From the NCBI RefSeq assembly GCF_001194135.2, contig NC_068985.1, positions 117,154,966 to 117,201,878 on the forward strand: DNA of 46,913 bases, given 5' to 3'. Positions within the stretch are counted from its first letter, which is position 1, and the number at the start of each line of letters is the position of its first letter. A program made the position numbers and the translations under genes. Of the stretch, positions 12,832-23,881 are shown one piece after another. The notes beneath the pieces are model-generated. The model searched no databases. It saw only the letters and a list, made by a program, of their open reading frames with translations, and had not been told where the DNA came from. The stretch is from Octopus bimaculoides (lineage: Eukaryota).

Positions 12832-13270
12832 TGTGTATGTGTGTGTGTACATATATATTTATGTCTGTGTGAGTGTATGTGTGTACGCTTGGGCGCGTCT
12901 GTATGTGCCTACACAGAAAAGAGGATAATTTTATAACGTCACATACAATTTCACATTATAATATTATGTTTGATAATATTTATGACCATACCTAGCTGTG
13001 AGTTGTCAACTCACTCTTGCTCTCCATTCCAAACAGACACAGTCCTCTAGTCCTAGATTTAGTAGTTGATAAAAAGACAAATAAATGAGAAATGAACCAC
13101 AATCCTTTCCAGACTATGACACCAGCAAGCTTCGTGCTTTTCTTGGAAGTGTAGTATATTCTTAGCTACAATAGCGACAACATGGATTTCTTCCATCTTC
13201 TTGCTATGTTGAAGTATTTGAGTAAAATTACATTAATGTGTCCGACTGATTAAAATGGTATTTATTTGTG

Positions 13271-13352
13271 CAGCTGATGATAGCCCTGCATTTAAGTTGA
13301 TGTAACGATTGCATTGTTCAATTAAATAGAGTCGCTCGAAACGATCGTACTG
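13271..13352 (+). ncRNA. Type I hammerhead ribozyme motif with intact catalytic core (HHR-B)
   Basis: CAG-CTGATGA-TAGC..(49 nt, foldable)..GCTC-GAAAC-GATC-GTA-CTG. Lesion is a U10.1-C11.1 mismatch; stem I is 3 bp. Confidence 0.75.
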
Positions 13353-13744
13353 ATATCCTGTTACTTATTTTGATGTATATATATAAAAATTATGCTGATT
13401 ACTGACGAGAACACTTGAGCCAAAAATACATATTGGGACACAAAATTACATTTACTCAGACACGCCCGCGCGCGCGCACACACGCACACTCATACACATA
13501 CTTTAGTGTAATGGTATCACACTTCACGAGAATACATAGAGGTCTGGGCTCGCGTCCCATTGCATACAGTAAACCCCACCTTATTCCGTTCAGGGCTTAT
13601 ATGCCCCAATATTAGACTATTTATTTCAGCCAATGTACGGTAATCGCTGATAAGCTTTAAGCATATGAAATATCATCATTATTATAATTACTATTATATT
13701 TATTAAGAAAAGTGTAAAATTTGGCACCGTTTATCATATGATCG

Positions 13745-13807
13745 TAGATAGATAGATAGATAGATAGCTAGATAGATAGATAGGTAGATAGATAGATAGA
13801 TAGAAAT

Positions 13808-13862
<55 letters not shown>
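13745..13862. repeat. (GATA)n microsatellite
   Basis: Direct reading. Confidence 0.95.
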
Positions 13863-13863
<1 letters not shown>

Positions 13864-15049
13864 CAACGTTATAATGAAATATACAGGAGCACTGTGTTTG
13901 AATTTATGAGGAAGGCTACTGAAATATGCCTGGTGTAAAATTTTCTAAATGTATGAAATATTTTGTGAAAGTGTTATTTGTTTGCAATAAATTGTCAATT
14001 AAGAAAGAGAGCAATCTGATATTTCACTCAAAATTCGAATATCTCATTGGTGACATTATTGTACAATCACATTTTCCTTTAAGAATTATTGTCACGAATT
14101 TCTCACGTATTAAGTATTAGAAAAGAGCGGGGAAGAAATTAAGGTCACATGGACAGCATTCTGGGTAGATAACAATTCTGCTTGGCTTCGTTTTTTGATT
14201 TGACTATTTGAGTAGTTTTATAGTTGAACAAAAAGATTGTTAACCGCCTGTTAAATAGAATTTGGGGTTCTACATATATATTGCCTTCTATATATACATG
14301 CATAAATANNNNNNNNNNNNNNNNNNNNNNNNNNNNNNNNNNNNNNNNNNNNNNNNNNNNNNNNNNNNNNNNNNNNNNNNNNNNNNNNNNNNNNNNNNNN
14401 NNNNNNNNNNNNNNNNNNNNNNNNNNNNNNNNNNNNNNNNNNNNNNNNNNNNNNNNNNNNNNNNNNNNNNNNNNNNNNNNNNNNNNNNNNNNNNNNNNNN
14501 NNNNNNNNNNNNNNNNNNNNNNNNNNNNNNNNNNNNNNNNNNNNNNNNNNNNNNNNNNNNNNNNNNNNNNNNNNNNNNNNNNNNNNNNNNNNNNNNNNNN
14601 NNNNNNNNNNNNNNNNNNNNNNNNNNNNNNNNNNNNNNNNNNNNNNNNNNNNNNNNNNNNNNNNNNNNNNNNNNNNNNNNNNNNNNNNNNNNNNNNNNNN
14701 NNNNNNNNNNNNNNNNNNNNNNNNNNNNNNNNNNNNNNNNNNNNNNNNNNNNNNNNNNNNNNNNNNNNNNNNNNNNNNNNNNNNNNNNNNNNNNNNGTGT
14801 GTGTGTGTGTGTGGAAGAAAAATGCAATAGAGGGCATTAAAACATTCGGACAAATAGACGATATACAAAGGCGGACAAGAGAAACAACAATTAGAAATAT
14901 ATACATATGTATGTATGTCTCATAATAATTCTGCTTGTCACTGCATTACTTAGCCCGCCGTTTTTTAGAGAGAAAGGGAGAGAGGAGCATCCATGAGGTG
15001 ATATTGAAGGAATGTAATTGTAACGCTTTAACTTGATTAGTTGAAGCGA

Positions 15050-15600
15050 AAGAAAGGAAAAAGAAAAAGAAGAGAGAGGAAAAAGAAAAAAGGAGAGAGG
15101 AAAAAGGAAAAGGCGAGAGGGAAAAGGAAAAGGAGAGAGGGAAAAGGAAAATGAGAGAAGAAAACGGCATAATACGAAGTGTGAGACAGAAAGAGGGAGA
15201 AGCACAAAGAGGAAGAGAGAAGCGTTCATAACGGGAGGTAGGGGGAACGTAATGTTTATTACGTGGTTAAAAACGTTAGTTGAAGGTAGATGAGGAGAGT
15301 TAAACAATATAATTTAAGCAGAGGGATGATGTTCTGGTGATGAGGTTAAAGAAGGACAGAGAGAGAGGGGGGAGGATTGAGAGAGCTAGAGAGGAGAAGG
15401 ACAGACAGAGAGACGGAAGAAAGAGAGAGAAGAGGAGAGAGAGAAGAGGAGAGAGAGAAGAGGAGAGAGAGAAGAGGAGAGAGAGATGAGGAGAGAGAGA
15501 AGAGGAGAGAGAGAAGAGGAGAGAGAGAAGAGGAGAGAGAGAAGAGGAGAGAGAGGGGACGGGGAGAGAGAGGTGATGAAGAGAAAGAGGGAAAGATGAA
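15050..15600 (+). repeat. Polypurine tracts: about 20-bp GGAAAAGGAAAAGGAGAGAG-type repeats and about 12-14-bp GAGAGAGAAGAG repeats
   Basis: Direct reading at 15050-15160 and 15360-15600. Confidence 0.9.
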
Positions 15601-16106
15601 TAGTGAAAAATGTATTTTTTTTAATTGAACTAAGTTTTTATATCACCTATTACTTAACGCATGCGAATCAGTGGAATTCCATGAAGTATTCTCACTTATT
15701 TACGTGGAACATATATGCAATGTAACTAAACGTTGTATCATATGTACGGGATATATTTTTTCTATTTATGGGGGAAATGGAAAGAAAAAGAGTGAATATT
15801 TATTTTATGAATGCTGTGTATTATTAACTCTATAAAATTATGCATAAATTACATAAAGTGAATTAAGTAATCATCTTATTCGAATTTCGTTCAGCTTTCA
15901 CTAAGTAGCAGATGAGCGACTATATTTTGATACAGACAAATCATAGGCTACGCTTTCGGATTTTGGGGATAAAATCTTCAGAAATAACCGAAGCGGTTTA
16001 CCATTAATTCTGTGAAATATTCAAGGATCCCGCTAGTATATATAACTGGTTCATAAGTCCGAAAGGAAGCACGCTCTAAAAAATTATCTTGACCAGTAAT
16101 GACTAC

Positions 16107-16107
<1 letters not shown>

Positions 16108-16155
<48 letters not shown>

Positions 16156-16290
16156 GTGTGAGCGTGTGTGTGAGCGTGTGTGTGTGTGTGTGTCTCTCTG
16201 TGTGTTTGCCTGTACGTGTGTATGTATGTATGTTTGTGTGTGAGTGTGTGCGACTGTGTGTGTGTATATGCGTTTGTGCGTGTCTGTGTA
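16108..16290. repeat. (TG)n-rich microsatellite
   Basis: Direct reading. Confidence 0.95.
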
Positions 16291-16739
16291 TACAACAAAA
16301 TTTTTCAATGAGTATTTCCTGAATTTTGTAGCAAAATTGGAAAATTCATTTGCAAATCCAAATGAGACTAACACCCCTGGATATAAAACACAGTTGGCTA
16401 TGATAAAAAGAGATTTAATAAGTCTGACTGTGGTAGTGGAGTAATAGTTGAGTACAGGTTTAGAAATCTTGTGAATTTGTCCTGTTTACCTCTTCTGTGA
16501 TTTTACTTCGAACTTTAATCTTCCTGACTCATATCTTATGTCACACGTAATTGCTTTTCTCTTATATTTCTAAACTATTGTAAGGCATATACCTACCTAC
16601 CGACCTACATACATACATACATACATACATACTTACTTACATGCATGCATGCATGCATGCATACATACATACATACATACATGCATACATACATACATAC
16701 ATACATAACTACGTACGTACATACATCGTAAGTACTGTT

Positions 16740-16935
16740 TCAAGCTATAGGATTCAGAGGACCGATTCCTGGTTTCCATGCCGTATTTGTGACCGAGATC
16801 ACAACAAGGAGTTGCCTATTTATAGCTGAGTGGAGGAGGAATGGGAAATGATGCGATTTGCTCAAGGACACAACGCACTGCTTGCCTCAGAATCGATATC
16901 ACGATCTTCAGATCATGCGTGCAATACAGCTAATA
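16740..16935 (-). mobile_element. tRNA-derived SINE (CORE-like head), decayed
   Basis: Reverse complement contains GATATCGATTC (B-box-like) followed by GCGTTGTGTCCTTGAGCAA, typical of CORE-type SINE starts. Confidence 0.6.
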
Positions 16936-17879
16936 GACCAAGTGCATTTACACATAAATTAATGTGTTTGTGAGTGTGTGTGTGTTTGTAAATATTGAAC
17001 AGTGAGTATGAGTGCTCTATACTGCATTGGTGGAGAAATATTCTTCATTTGTGAGTAAACAAAGCTACCACTACTTCCATGCAGAGAGTTTTCGCACAAT
17101 TATGAAGACTGCCACAAAAGAACGTTGCCACGCATTTTCATCTTGGAAGAGAATACACAAACATAAATGAGACAAGACGGGATTTGGGGATGAATATACA
17201 GGTCACAGGAGGTAACATATAAAGGTATCATAATTGTTTTATTTTTCCTTGCACAAGCTCTGGAATTTTTTTAATAAACTGCGTTCACTATAGATTAATT
17301 CCATAATCCTTTTATNNNNNNNNNNNNNNNNNNNNNNNNNNNNNNNNNNNNNNNNNNNNNNNNNNNNNNNNNNNNNNNNNNNNNNNNNNNNNNNNNNNNN
17401 NNNNNNNNNNNNNNNNNNNNNNNNNNNNNNNNNNNNNNNNNNNNNNNNNNNNNNNNNNNNNNNNNNNNNNNNNNNNNNNNNNNNNNNNNNNNNNNNNNNN
17501 NNNNNNNNNNNNNNNNNNNNNNNNNNNNNNNNNNNNNNNNNNNNNNNNNNNNNNNNNNNNNNNNNNNNNNNNNNNNNNNNNNNNNNNNNNNNNNNNNNNN
17601 NNNNNNNNNNNNNNNNNNNNNNNNNNNNNNNNNNNNNNNNNNNNNNNNNNNNNNNNNNNNNNNNNNNNNNNNNNNNNNNNNNNNNNNNNNNNNNNNNNNN
17701 NNNNNNNNNNNNNNNNNNNNNNNNNNNNNNNNNNNNNNNNNNNNNNNNNNNNNNNNNNNNNNNNNNNNNNNNNNNNNNNNNNNNNNNNNNNNNNNNNNNN
17801 NNNNNNNNNNNNNNNNNNNNNNNNNNNNNNNNNNNNNNNNNNNNNNNNNNATATATATATTAGAAATGATCTAATTATA

Positions 17880-18170
17880 AATCTCACAGAGAGACTTAAG
17901 CATCAGTGTTACGATAAAGCAGTTCTATACTGTCTTCTTAACGTGACAGTCCCAACTAGGGGATCATACTGCTGCTGTTTAGCCCTAGGAAGCTGGACCG
18001 TTTCCTGTCGGCCTTGACACATTTCCTGTGTCCTTATGTTTGTGAGGGGGAGACAAGCACCTCCACCCAGCCTAGCCTGCATTCAGGGACATGTTTCTAA
18101 GTCTTTGCTCGTTATCAGCCTGAAGTGATTATGTAAATATAACTGTTGTGTTTCACAGATTTCGACGCCA
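17880..18170 (-). repeat. Interspersed repeat carrying a hammerhead motif, running into (TA)n
   Basis: GC-richer block containing HHR-C; on the minus strand it ends in the (TA)n at 17851-17860. Confidence 0.45.
18082..18124 (-). ncRNA. Degenerate minimal type I hammerhead ribozyme motif (HHR-C)
   Basis: Minus strand: TTCAGG-CTGATAA-CGAG-CAAAGA-CTTA-GAAAC-AT-GTC-CCTGAA. Perfect 6-bp stem I, helix III ACATGT and GUC site; G8A change and decayed stem II. Confidence 0.65.
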
Positions 18171-19193
18171 AACTTTGTCCCTGTGTATATATTAATAGTT
18201 TTCTATGAATCATATGATGTCATGAACATGTGTAACACATACATATCTGTGAAATGACGGACTCCATATTTTTAGTGAGGGTGGGTGACTTTTATACATA
18301 ATATTCATATATTACATGTAATCGATGTCCAGAGAAGTTCTTATCCAGACTGGAAGGTGGCAATATGGGTGGCAGTTGTGCTTGAAATTTCGAACGAATG
18401 CAAGGGGAGATTTCATCCCTAATGCTTAGATCATTCGCTGTTAATATTATGATATTTAGTCTTTTCATGATGCAGAGCTAGTATTTTTCTACCCCGCTCA
18501 ATGGCTTACCTTTGGAAATTGCTTACTACTATGAGACGATATTCGATAAAGATGTAGTGGGTCCTTTGTTTTCATGTCTGAACAAAGCCACATGCTGCGT
18601 ATATCTGTCTTAGAAGAACTTTTCCGTTATTCCAATGTATGATTTTGTTGTTCTGTTCGTAAAATGCTGGCCTTGTACAGTAATTATTTTCCTAGACACG
18701 TATTGTTCAGGTGAGCTGGCCCGAGACCTACAATTACAGGATCTTCGGGTTATGTTACTAATGTTATTTTTAATGCTTACGCCTATTCTAAGATTATGCA
18801 TCATAAATTGAACGGTTAAAATTTATGATGTTTGAATATATTTCAAATCATATAAAATTTAACGCTCCAGTTCATATAACATAACATCGATAATTTTAAA
18901 AGTATAAAATGATTTTAAACATCAAATGATGAAAGCATAAATCACTTTTTACTCTCCATCGTATTTGAAACGGAATACTAAATTTTTGATCACATGAANN
19001 NNNNNNNNNNNNNNNNNNNNNNNNNNNNNNNNNNNNNNNNNNNNNNNNNNNNNNNNNNNNNNNNNNNNNNNNNNNNNNNNNNNNNNNNNNNNNNNNNNNN
19101 NNNNNNNNNNNNNNNNNNNNNNNNNNNNNNNNNNNNNNNNNNNNNNNNNNNNNNNNNNNNNNNNNNNNNNNNNNNNNNNNNNNNNNNNNNNNN

Positions 19194-19224
<31 letters not shown>

Positions 19225-19274
19225 TTCAAATGTATACATTTTTGTGTGAATTCTGATTTTTTTTTTACTGTTTA

Positions 19275-19645
19275 AGTCTAAAAACTGGCACTCCGTCGGT
19301 TACGGCGGCAAATGTTTCAGTTGATCCGATCAATGGAACAGCCAGCTCGTGAAAATAATGTGCAAGTGACTGAGTACTGGTAGACACGAGAGAATCAGTG
19401 CCACACAGAATGTAACAAGGATGGCCAAGTGAATTACAGGTATGTCACATTTCAGCCAGCTGTATGAACTGGAACGACATGTGTTCCAGGATACAACGCG
19501 TGTGTGTGTATATATATATGATTTTTTTATTATTTTACTTGTTTCAGTCATTTTACTGCGACCAAGGTGAAGTATGACTTTAGTCAAATAGAAACTATGT
19601 AAACCTAGTACTTATTCTAATCGTCCCTTTTGCCGAACACGTTTT
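19275..19645 (-). mobile_element. Two SINE 3' fragments (family B-type tails)
   Basis: 19275-19495 reads ACTGGCACTCCGTCGGTTACG..GATCCGATCAATGGAACAGCC. 19530-19645 (rc) reads GTTCGGCAAAAGGGACGATTAGAATAAGTACTAGG..AATGACTGAAACAAGTAAAA, also seen at 24690-24750 and 37955-38075. Confidence 0.65.
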
Positions 19646-20805
19646 GCCTGCGAATTACAAGCTTTTCATTCCAGTAACATAAAAATCTCGAGTTCTGAAG
19701 CTGATGAACTCTTTGAACGCACTTTCAGCATCGGTTTGATTTTTTAACTCCTTCTCACGCAGGAAAACTTCAAGGTGCTTGATAAAGTGATAGTCAGTAG
19801 GAGAAAGGTTTGGGGAATAAGGCGGGTGGGGAAGAACTTTGTTGCCAAGTTCCCTCAATTTCTGGAGCGTCATTAGTGAAACGTGTGGTCGAGCATTGCC
19901 ATGAAGAATAACTGGCCCTCTTCTGTTAACCTGTCTGGGACGGTGGAGTAGCAGATTTTTGTTCATTTCATAGCAATATATTTCTGCAGTAATATTTTTT
20001 CCGGATTTTAAGGAGTATTGTGGATGAGTCCCGCAGTACACCACCAAACAGTCACCATAATCTTCTTTGTGAAGAGCTCAGGTTTAGGGAAGGTTTTCGG
20101 TGCTTCTTTTTGCTCCAACCACTGCGAAGAACGTTTTTTATAATTGTACAGAATCCGCTTTTCATCGCAGGTTACAATACGTTCGAGAAATGGATCGCTT
20201 TCGTTACAGAGAAGAAGCGATGAGCAAATTTCAAATCTGCCCTTTTTCTGATTTTCATTCTAATCGTGTGGTACCCATTTGTGGAGCTTTTTTGCTTTTC
20301 CGATCGCATGCAAATGGTTGCAGACAGTTTTCTGGCTACCTTGAAATTCATTTGCCAGTTCTCGAGTGGTTTTACGTGGATCTTTCTCAATGACAGTCTT
20401 TAATTGACCGTCATCGATGACAGATGGGCGTCTGCTACATTCACGATCTTCAGAGCTTAGGTCTCCACTGCGAAATCGTTTAAACCATTTTCAAGCTGAC
20501 CACTCACTGGCCATTTCCTCACCAAACGTTTCGCTGATATCGCGACCATTTTCAACGACTTAAAGTCCTTTTTTTGAAGTTGAATAGCAATATTGTTCGA
20601 ATATCAGGCTTTGACAGTGCCATCGGATGATTTTAACATCGGTGAAAAGAGTATCAATGTTAATTTATTGAGGTATTTAGCCAAATCTATGTCTTACCAG
20701 ACAAATGCAAAAAATGTTTATAAAAAGTTCAAAGCTCTGCAAAACAACGGTATAAATCCTTCATGGTTCAAAATGTTGCTCACCTTTTACTCAACGTGAT
20801 TATGT
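19640..20805 (-). mobile_element. mariner (D,D34D; Hsmar1/SETMAR-like, probably cecropia subfamily) transposon with pseudogenised transposase 19655-20623
   Basis: MALSKPDIRTILLFN..ETFGEEMASEWSA*KWFKRFRSGDLSSEDRECSRRPSVIDDGQLKTVIEKDPRKTTRELA..HLHAIGKAKKLHKWVPHD*NENQ..FLERIVTCDEK..KKIMVTVWW..VILHGNARPH..VLPHPPYSPNLSPTDYHF. Second catalytic D is G; stops and frameshifts present; 3' TIR lost at a SINE. Confidence 0.95.
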
Positions 20806-21126
20806 ATACTATATGTTGCGTATATATTCTATCATACCTTGATGTTATTTGAACTAAGATCCTCGTTGACAGGCCGCTGGTATTCATACAGTGTTAAACA
20901 CTTTCGGTATGCAAATTAAGGACTCCTTCATAGAGTAACTGCTGCATTTATTGAGTATATAAACATTTTGGCTGCTTGTTTCTTTGGAGACTGTCAGAAT
21001 GATGTAGACGCCTTTGATGAGAACCCAATAAGACTCTAAAATCGATTAAGGTTATTCATCATCTTTTTTCCAGTCTTTGGAAATGGGTAAAATTTGCCCT
21101 CTTTATAATTATACAATATGTTACAT

Positions 21127-21183
<57 letters not shown>

Positions 21184-21264
21184 TTGTGTGTGCCATTGTG
21201 TTTGTTTTTGCATCCAACAACCGCTTCAGATCCAGTGTGGATTAGCTTATGGCCTCGGGACTTA

Positions 21265-21335
21265 TCAATTCAGTAAAGTATTTCGATAGAATAAGTACCA
21301 GACTTCCTAATCAGTATTGGGGTCGATCGATTCGT
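21265..21335 (+). mobile_element. SINE fragment (core TCGATAGAATAAGTACCAG..TATTGGGGTCGAT)
   Basis: Similarity to the copies at 2478-2999. Confidence 0.55.
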
Positions 21336-22601
21336 CTGACTCGGTCCTTCTCGATGATTCCTTAGCGTCGCTGTAATACAATTTGCAACACAATTTGTGG
21401 CTTGAAAGTGAAATTCTGTTTAGCTGAATACATTGAGTTAAATCAGATTTTCCAGACTGAAACGTATTTTATCATAATCTTTAACGAAAACCTATGTCAT
21501 AGAGATTAAATTCAGTAGAGATAATTTCACATTTATTTTATTTTCATTAAGATTTGTAGGTGACTTTTCGTTAATGGCATTCACAATAATTATGTTACTT
21601 TTGCTATGGTTGTTTACTGCTGAGCATCGAAGGTTTGTGCGTGTGCTTGTGTGTGTGATTGTGGAGGGGGTTATGTGTGTGTGTATATATATGTGTGTGT
21701 GCTTGCATAAATAGATATATCTACATAAACACATGTTTGTATGTGTGTGTAAGTATACCGAAAAAGATTTTCTTTCAATGTCTAAAAGATACCAAAGAAA
21801 CAAAAACAATTCTAAATCTGAAATGAAAAAGCAAAGAATTACCATTCAAAAAAGAAAACCCTTGAAAAATACATGGAAAGATATCAAGAAAATGTAACAA
21901 AAAAAAAGACATGAAAGACGATAAAGAGATAAAAAAATATATCAAAATGACACAAAAAAAAGATTTTTTAACATGGTTGTTAAAAATGATGTAAAAACTA
22001 CAAAATTATAAAAAAAAGAAAATACTTGATGAACACCAGAAAGATGTCTTGAAGGTAAAGGACATAGTAATCTAGTTTTGAGAGAATAACTACCATTGTA
22101 CTCGTAGCATCGCAATTCTTTAGTTTGTATAGATACATTGAAGATGTGAAGAGAGGTCGATAGAAGAATATAAAGACATCTGTGAATAAATGTGTGGATA
22201 AATCTATCATTTTTATTTATATGTGTATGTGCGTGTGTGTGTAAGTATATTTTGGTGTGTATATGAGTGTCAGAGTGCGTTTTAGTGTGTATATATATAT
22301 ATGTACATGCATTTACATAGGGGAATATATCTACGTATATATATATATATATATACAAATCATACAAATGCCTATCTTAAATGAACTTACGCCGTCACCA
22401 ACGCAAATCGAGAGAAATTTGGCTAATAGAATAATAAAAGAAATTCAAGATGTCTGATTAGGAAAGTTGCTATAAAAAGAACTATAGGAGAATAGCTAAA
22501 AATACAAAACTAAAACAAATAAATTTGATGTGAAGGATACTAAGAGAGAAAAAACACCCAAAACCCTTCCTCCTTTCGCCAAGAAATACATAAATAAATG
22601 A

Positions 22602-22646
<45 letters not shown>

Positions 22647-23276
22647 CTAATGTACGAAAGTAAAGGTACTGAATAAGATTTAGTTAAAGCTGTAATTGAC
22701 AGCGTGATTATATGAATGAATATATTACGGGTCGTTAATTTTATCACGGTGGGTGGTCATATATTAAAGTGTGGATCTAATGGGGATTTTAGAAAACGGG
22801 TGAGGTCAAGAGAAGAGTCTGGAATGTGGATACTGGTAGTAGGTTTAGTATTACTGGTGGTATATCCAAAGGCGCTGGCGGTGGTGGTTATAGTAGCGGT
22901 GGTGGGGGTGACAGTGGAGGTGCTGGTGATAATGATGTTTGTGGTGGCCAGTTGATCGTGGATAGGATATTAATTTCCGAGTTACAACGAATTCTGAATT
23001 TGCAGACAAGGAAATGATAAATATTCTAAATTATCCGAATTACACAGCGTTGTGTGTGTAAGTACGTATATATGAGTTTGTGTGTGTATGTGTGTGTGTA
23101 TTTATATGTGTGTATGTATGTTTATATTCTTACTCTGGTCCAATATATATATATATACAAATCTTTGCGCAGACATCGATCCATCTCAGCATTCTTCCCT
23201 TCATTTTGCTCCTCCTCATGTTTTCGTCTCCCAAGTCTATCGGCGGTGAGCAGCTCGTGACGGAAGGAAGCATGTA

Positions 23277-23331
23277 TAATGGTGATGATGAAGAGGCAAT
23301 GACACCCGAAACATAGCATGTACACTCATTA
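23277..23331 (+). ncRNA. Degenerate type I hammerhead ribozyme motif (HHR-D)
   Basis: TAATG-GTG-[ATG]-ATGAAGA-GGC-AAT-GACACCC-GAAAC-AT-AGC-AT-GTA-CAC-T-CATTA. Stem I is 3+5 bp with a bulged T and helix III is 4 bp. C3A change; stem II looks like GGGTGTC/GACACCC minus 4 nt. Confidence 0.55.
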
Positions 23332-23757
23332 CCCGTTTTTGTCTTCCATCTCATTGTTTGTTTACATCTAACATCTCGATACGAATCGTTGTAGCAAAAA
23401 TCAGTGCTACAATTTCAATGGAATATCTGTAGAAATAACCTTAACAAAATAATATAAGAGCACTGCTAACGCAGTAGAACGTGATATTGACTTATAAATG
23501 TTATAATATACTTTAATGTAAATTATGGCTGCATAAAGAAATATGATGTACCTACAAATTATTAGACGCTGGAAGCCTCTAGCTTGAAGCTTGCATAGTT
23601 GCAGCATGAGAAAGATGGCCACTATAGACTTTTCCTAGAGGCAACATGCTCCATCGGTCCTGCTCATGCATCTAGGCAGCTCTACTTAAGGAAGGCACTG
23701 CCTACCTTAATCTGAGAGGCGGCCTAGAAAAGGTGGCCCAGACAAAGCTTCCCTCTT

Positions 23758-23811
23758 TCTTGACTGGACGCTATTCAACAGTCTAGACTCTTGAATAGCA
23801 TCCAGTCAAGA
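23758..23811. repeat. 54-bp near-perfect palindrome (25/27 paired, no loop)
   Basis: TCTTGACTGGACGCTATTCAACAGTCT|AGACTCTTGAATAGCATCCAGTCAAGA. Confidence 0.95.
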
Positions 23812-23881
23812 TGACATTCTTTCTTCTCTTACACTTGTTTTTTGCACACATTACAAAATGACTTTCTAAAATGAAATTCCA

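Noticed and set aside
22826-23017. Gly-rich 63-aa ORF
   Set aside because: Degenerate (GGT)n low-complexity sequence with no domain or splice support.
23080-23354. Short ORFs with signal-peptide or neuropeptide-like look (ILPFILLLLMFSS; MLCFGCHCLFIITIIHA-SFRHELLTADRL-GRRK)
   Set aside because: They start or end in microsatellite, three frames look equally plausible, and the block is better explained by the hammerhead-bearing repeat.
23617-23800. HDV-like ribozyme (GGCCAC/GTGGCC, TTCCCTC, GGCAACATGCT)
   Set aside because: Could not place P1', the GG of P1.1 and P2 in the required order on either strand.
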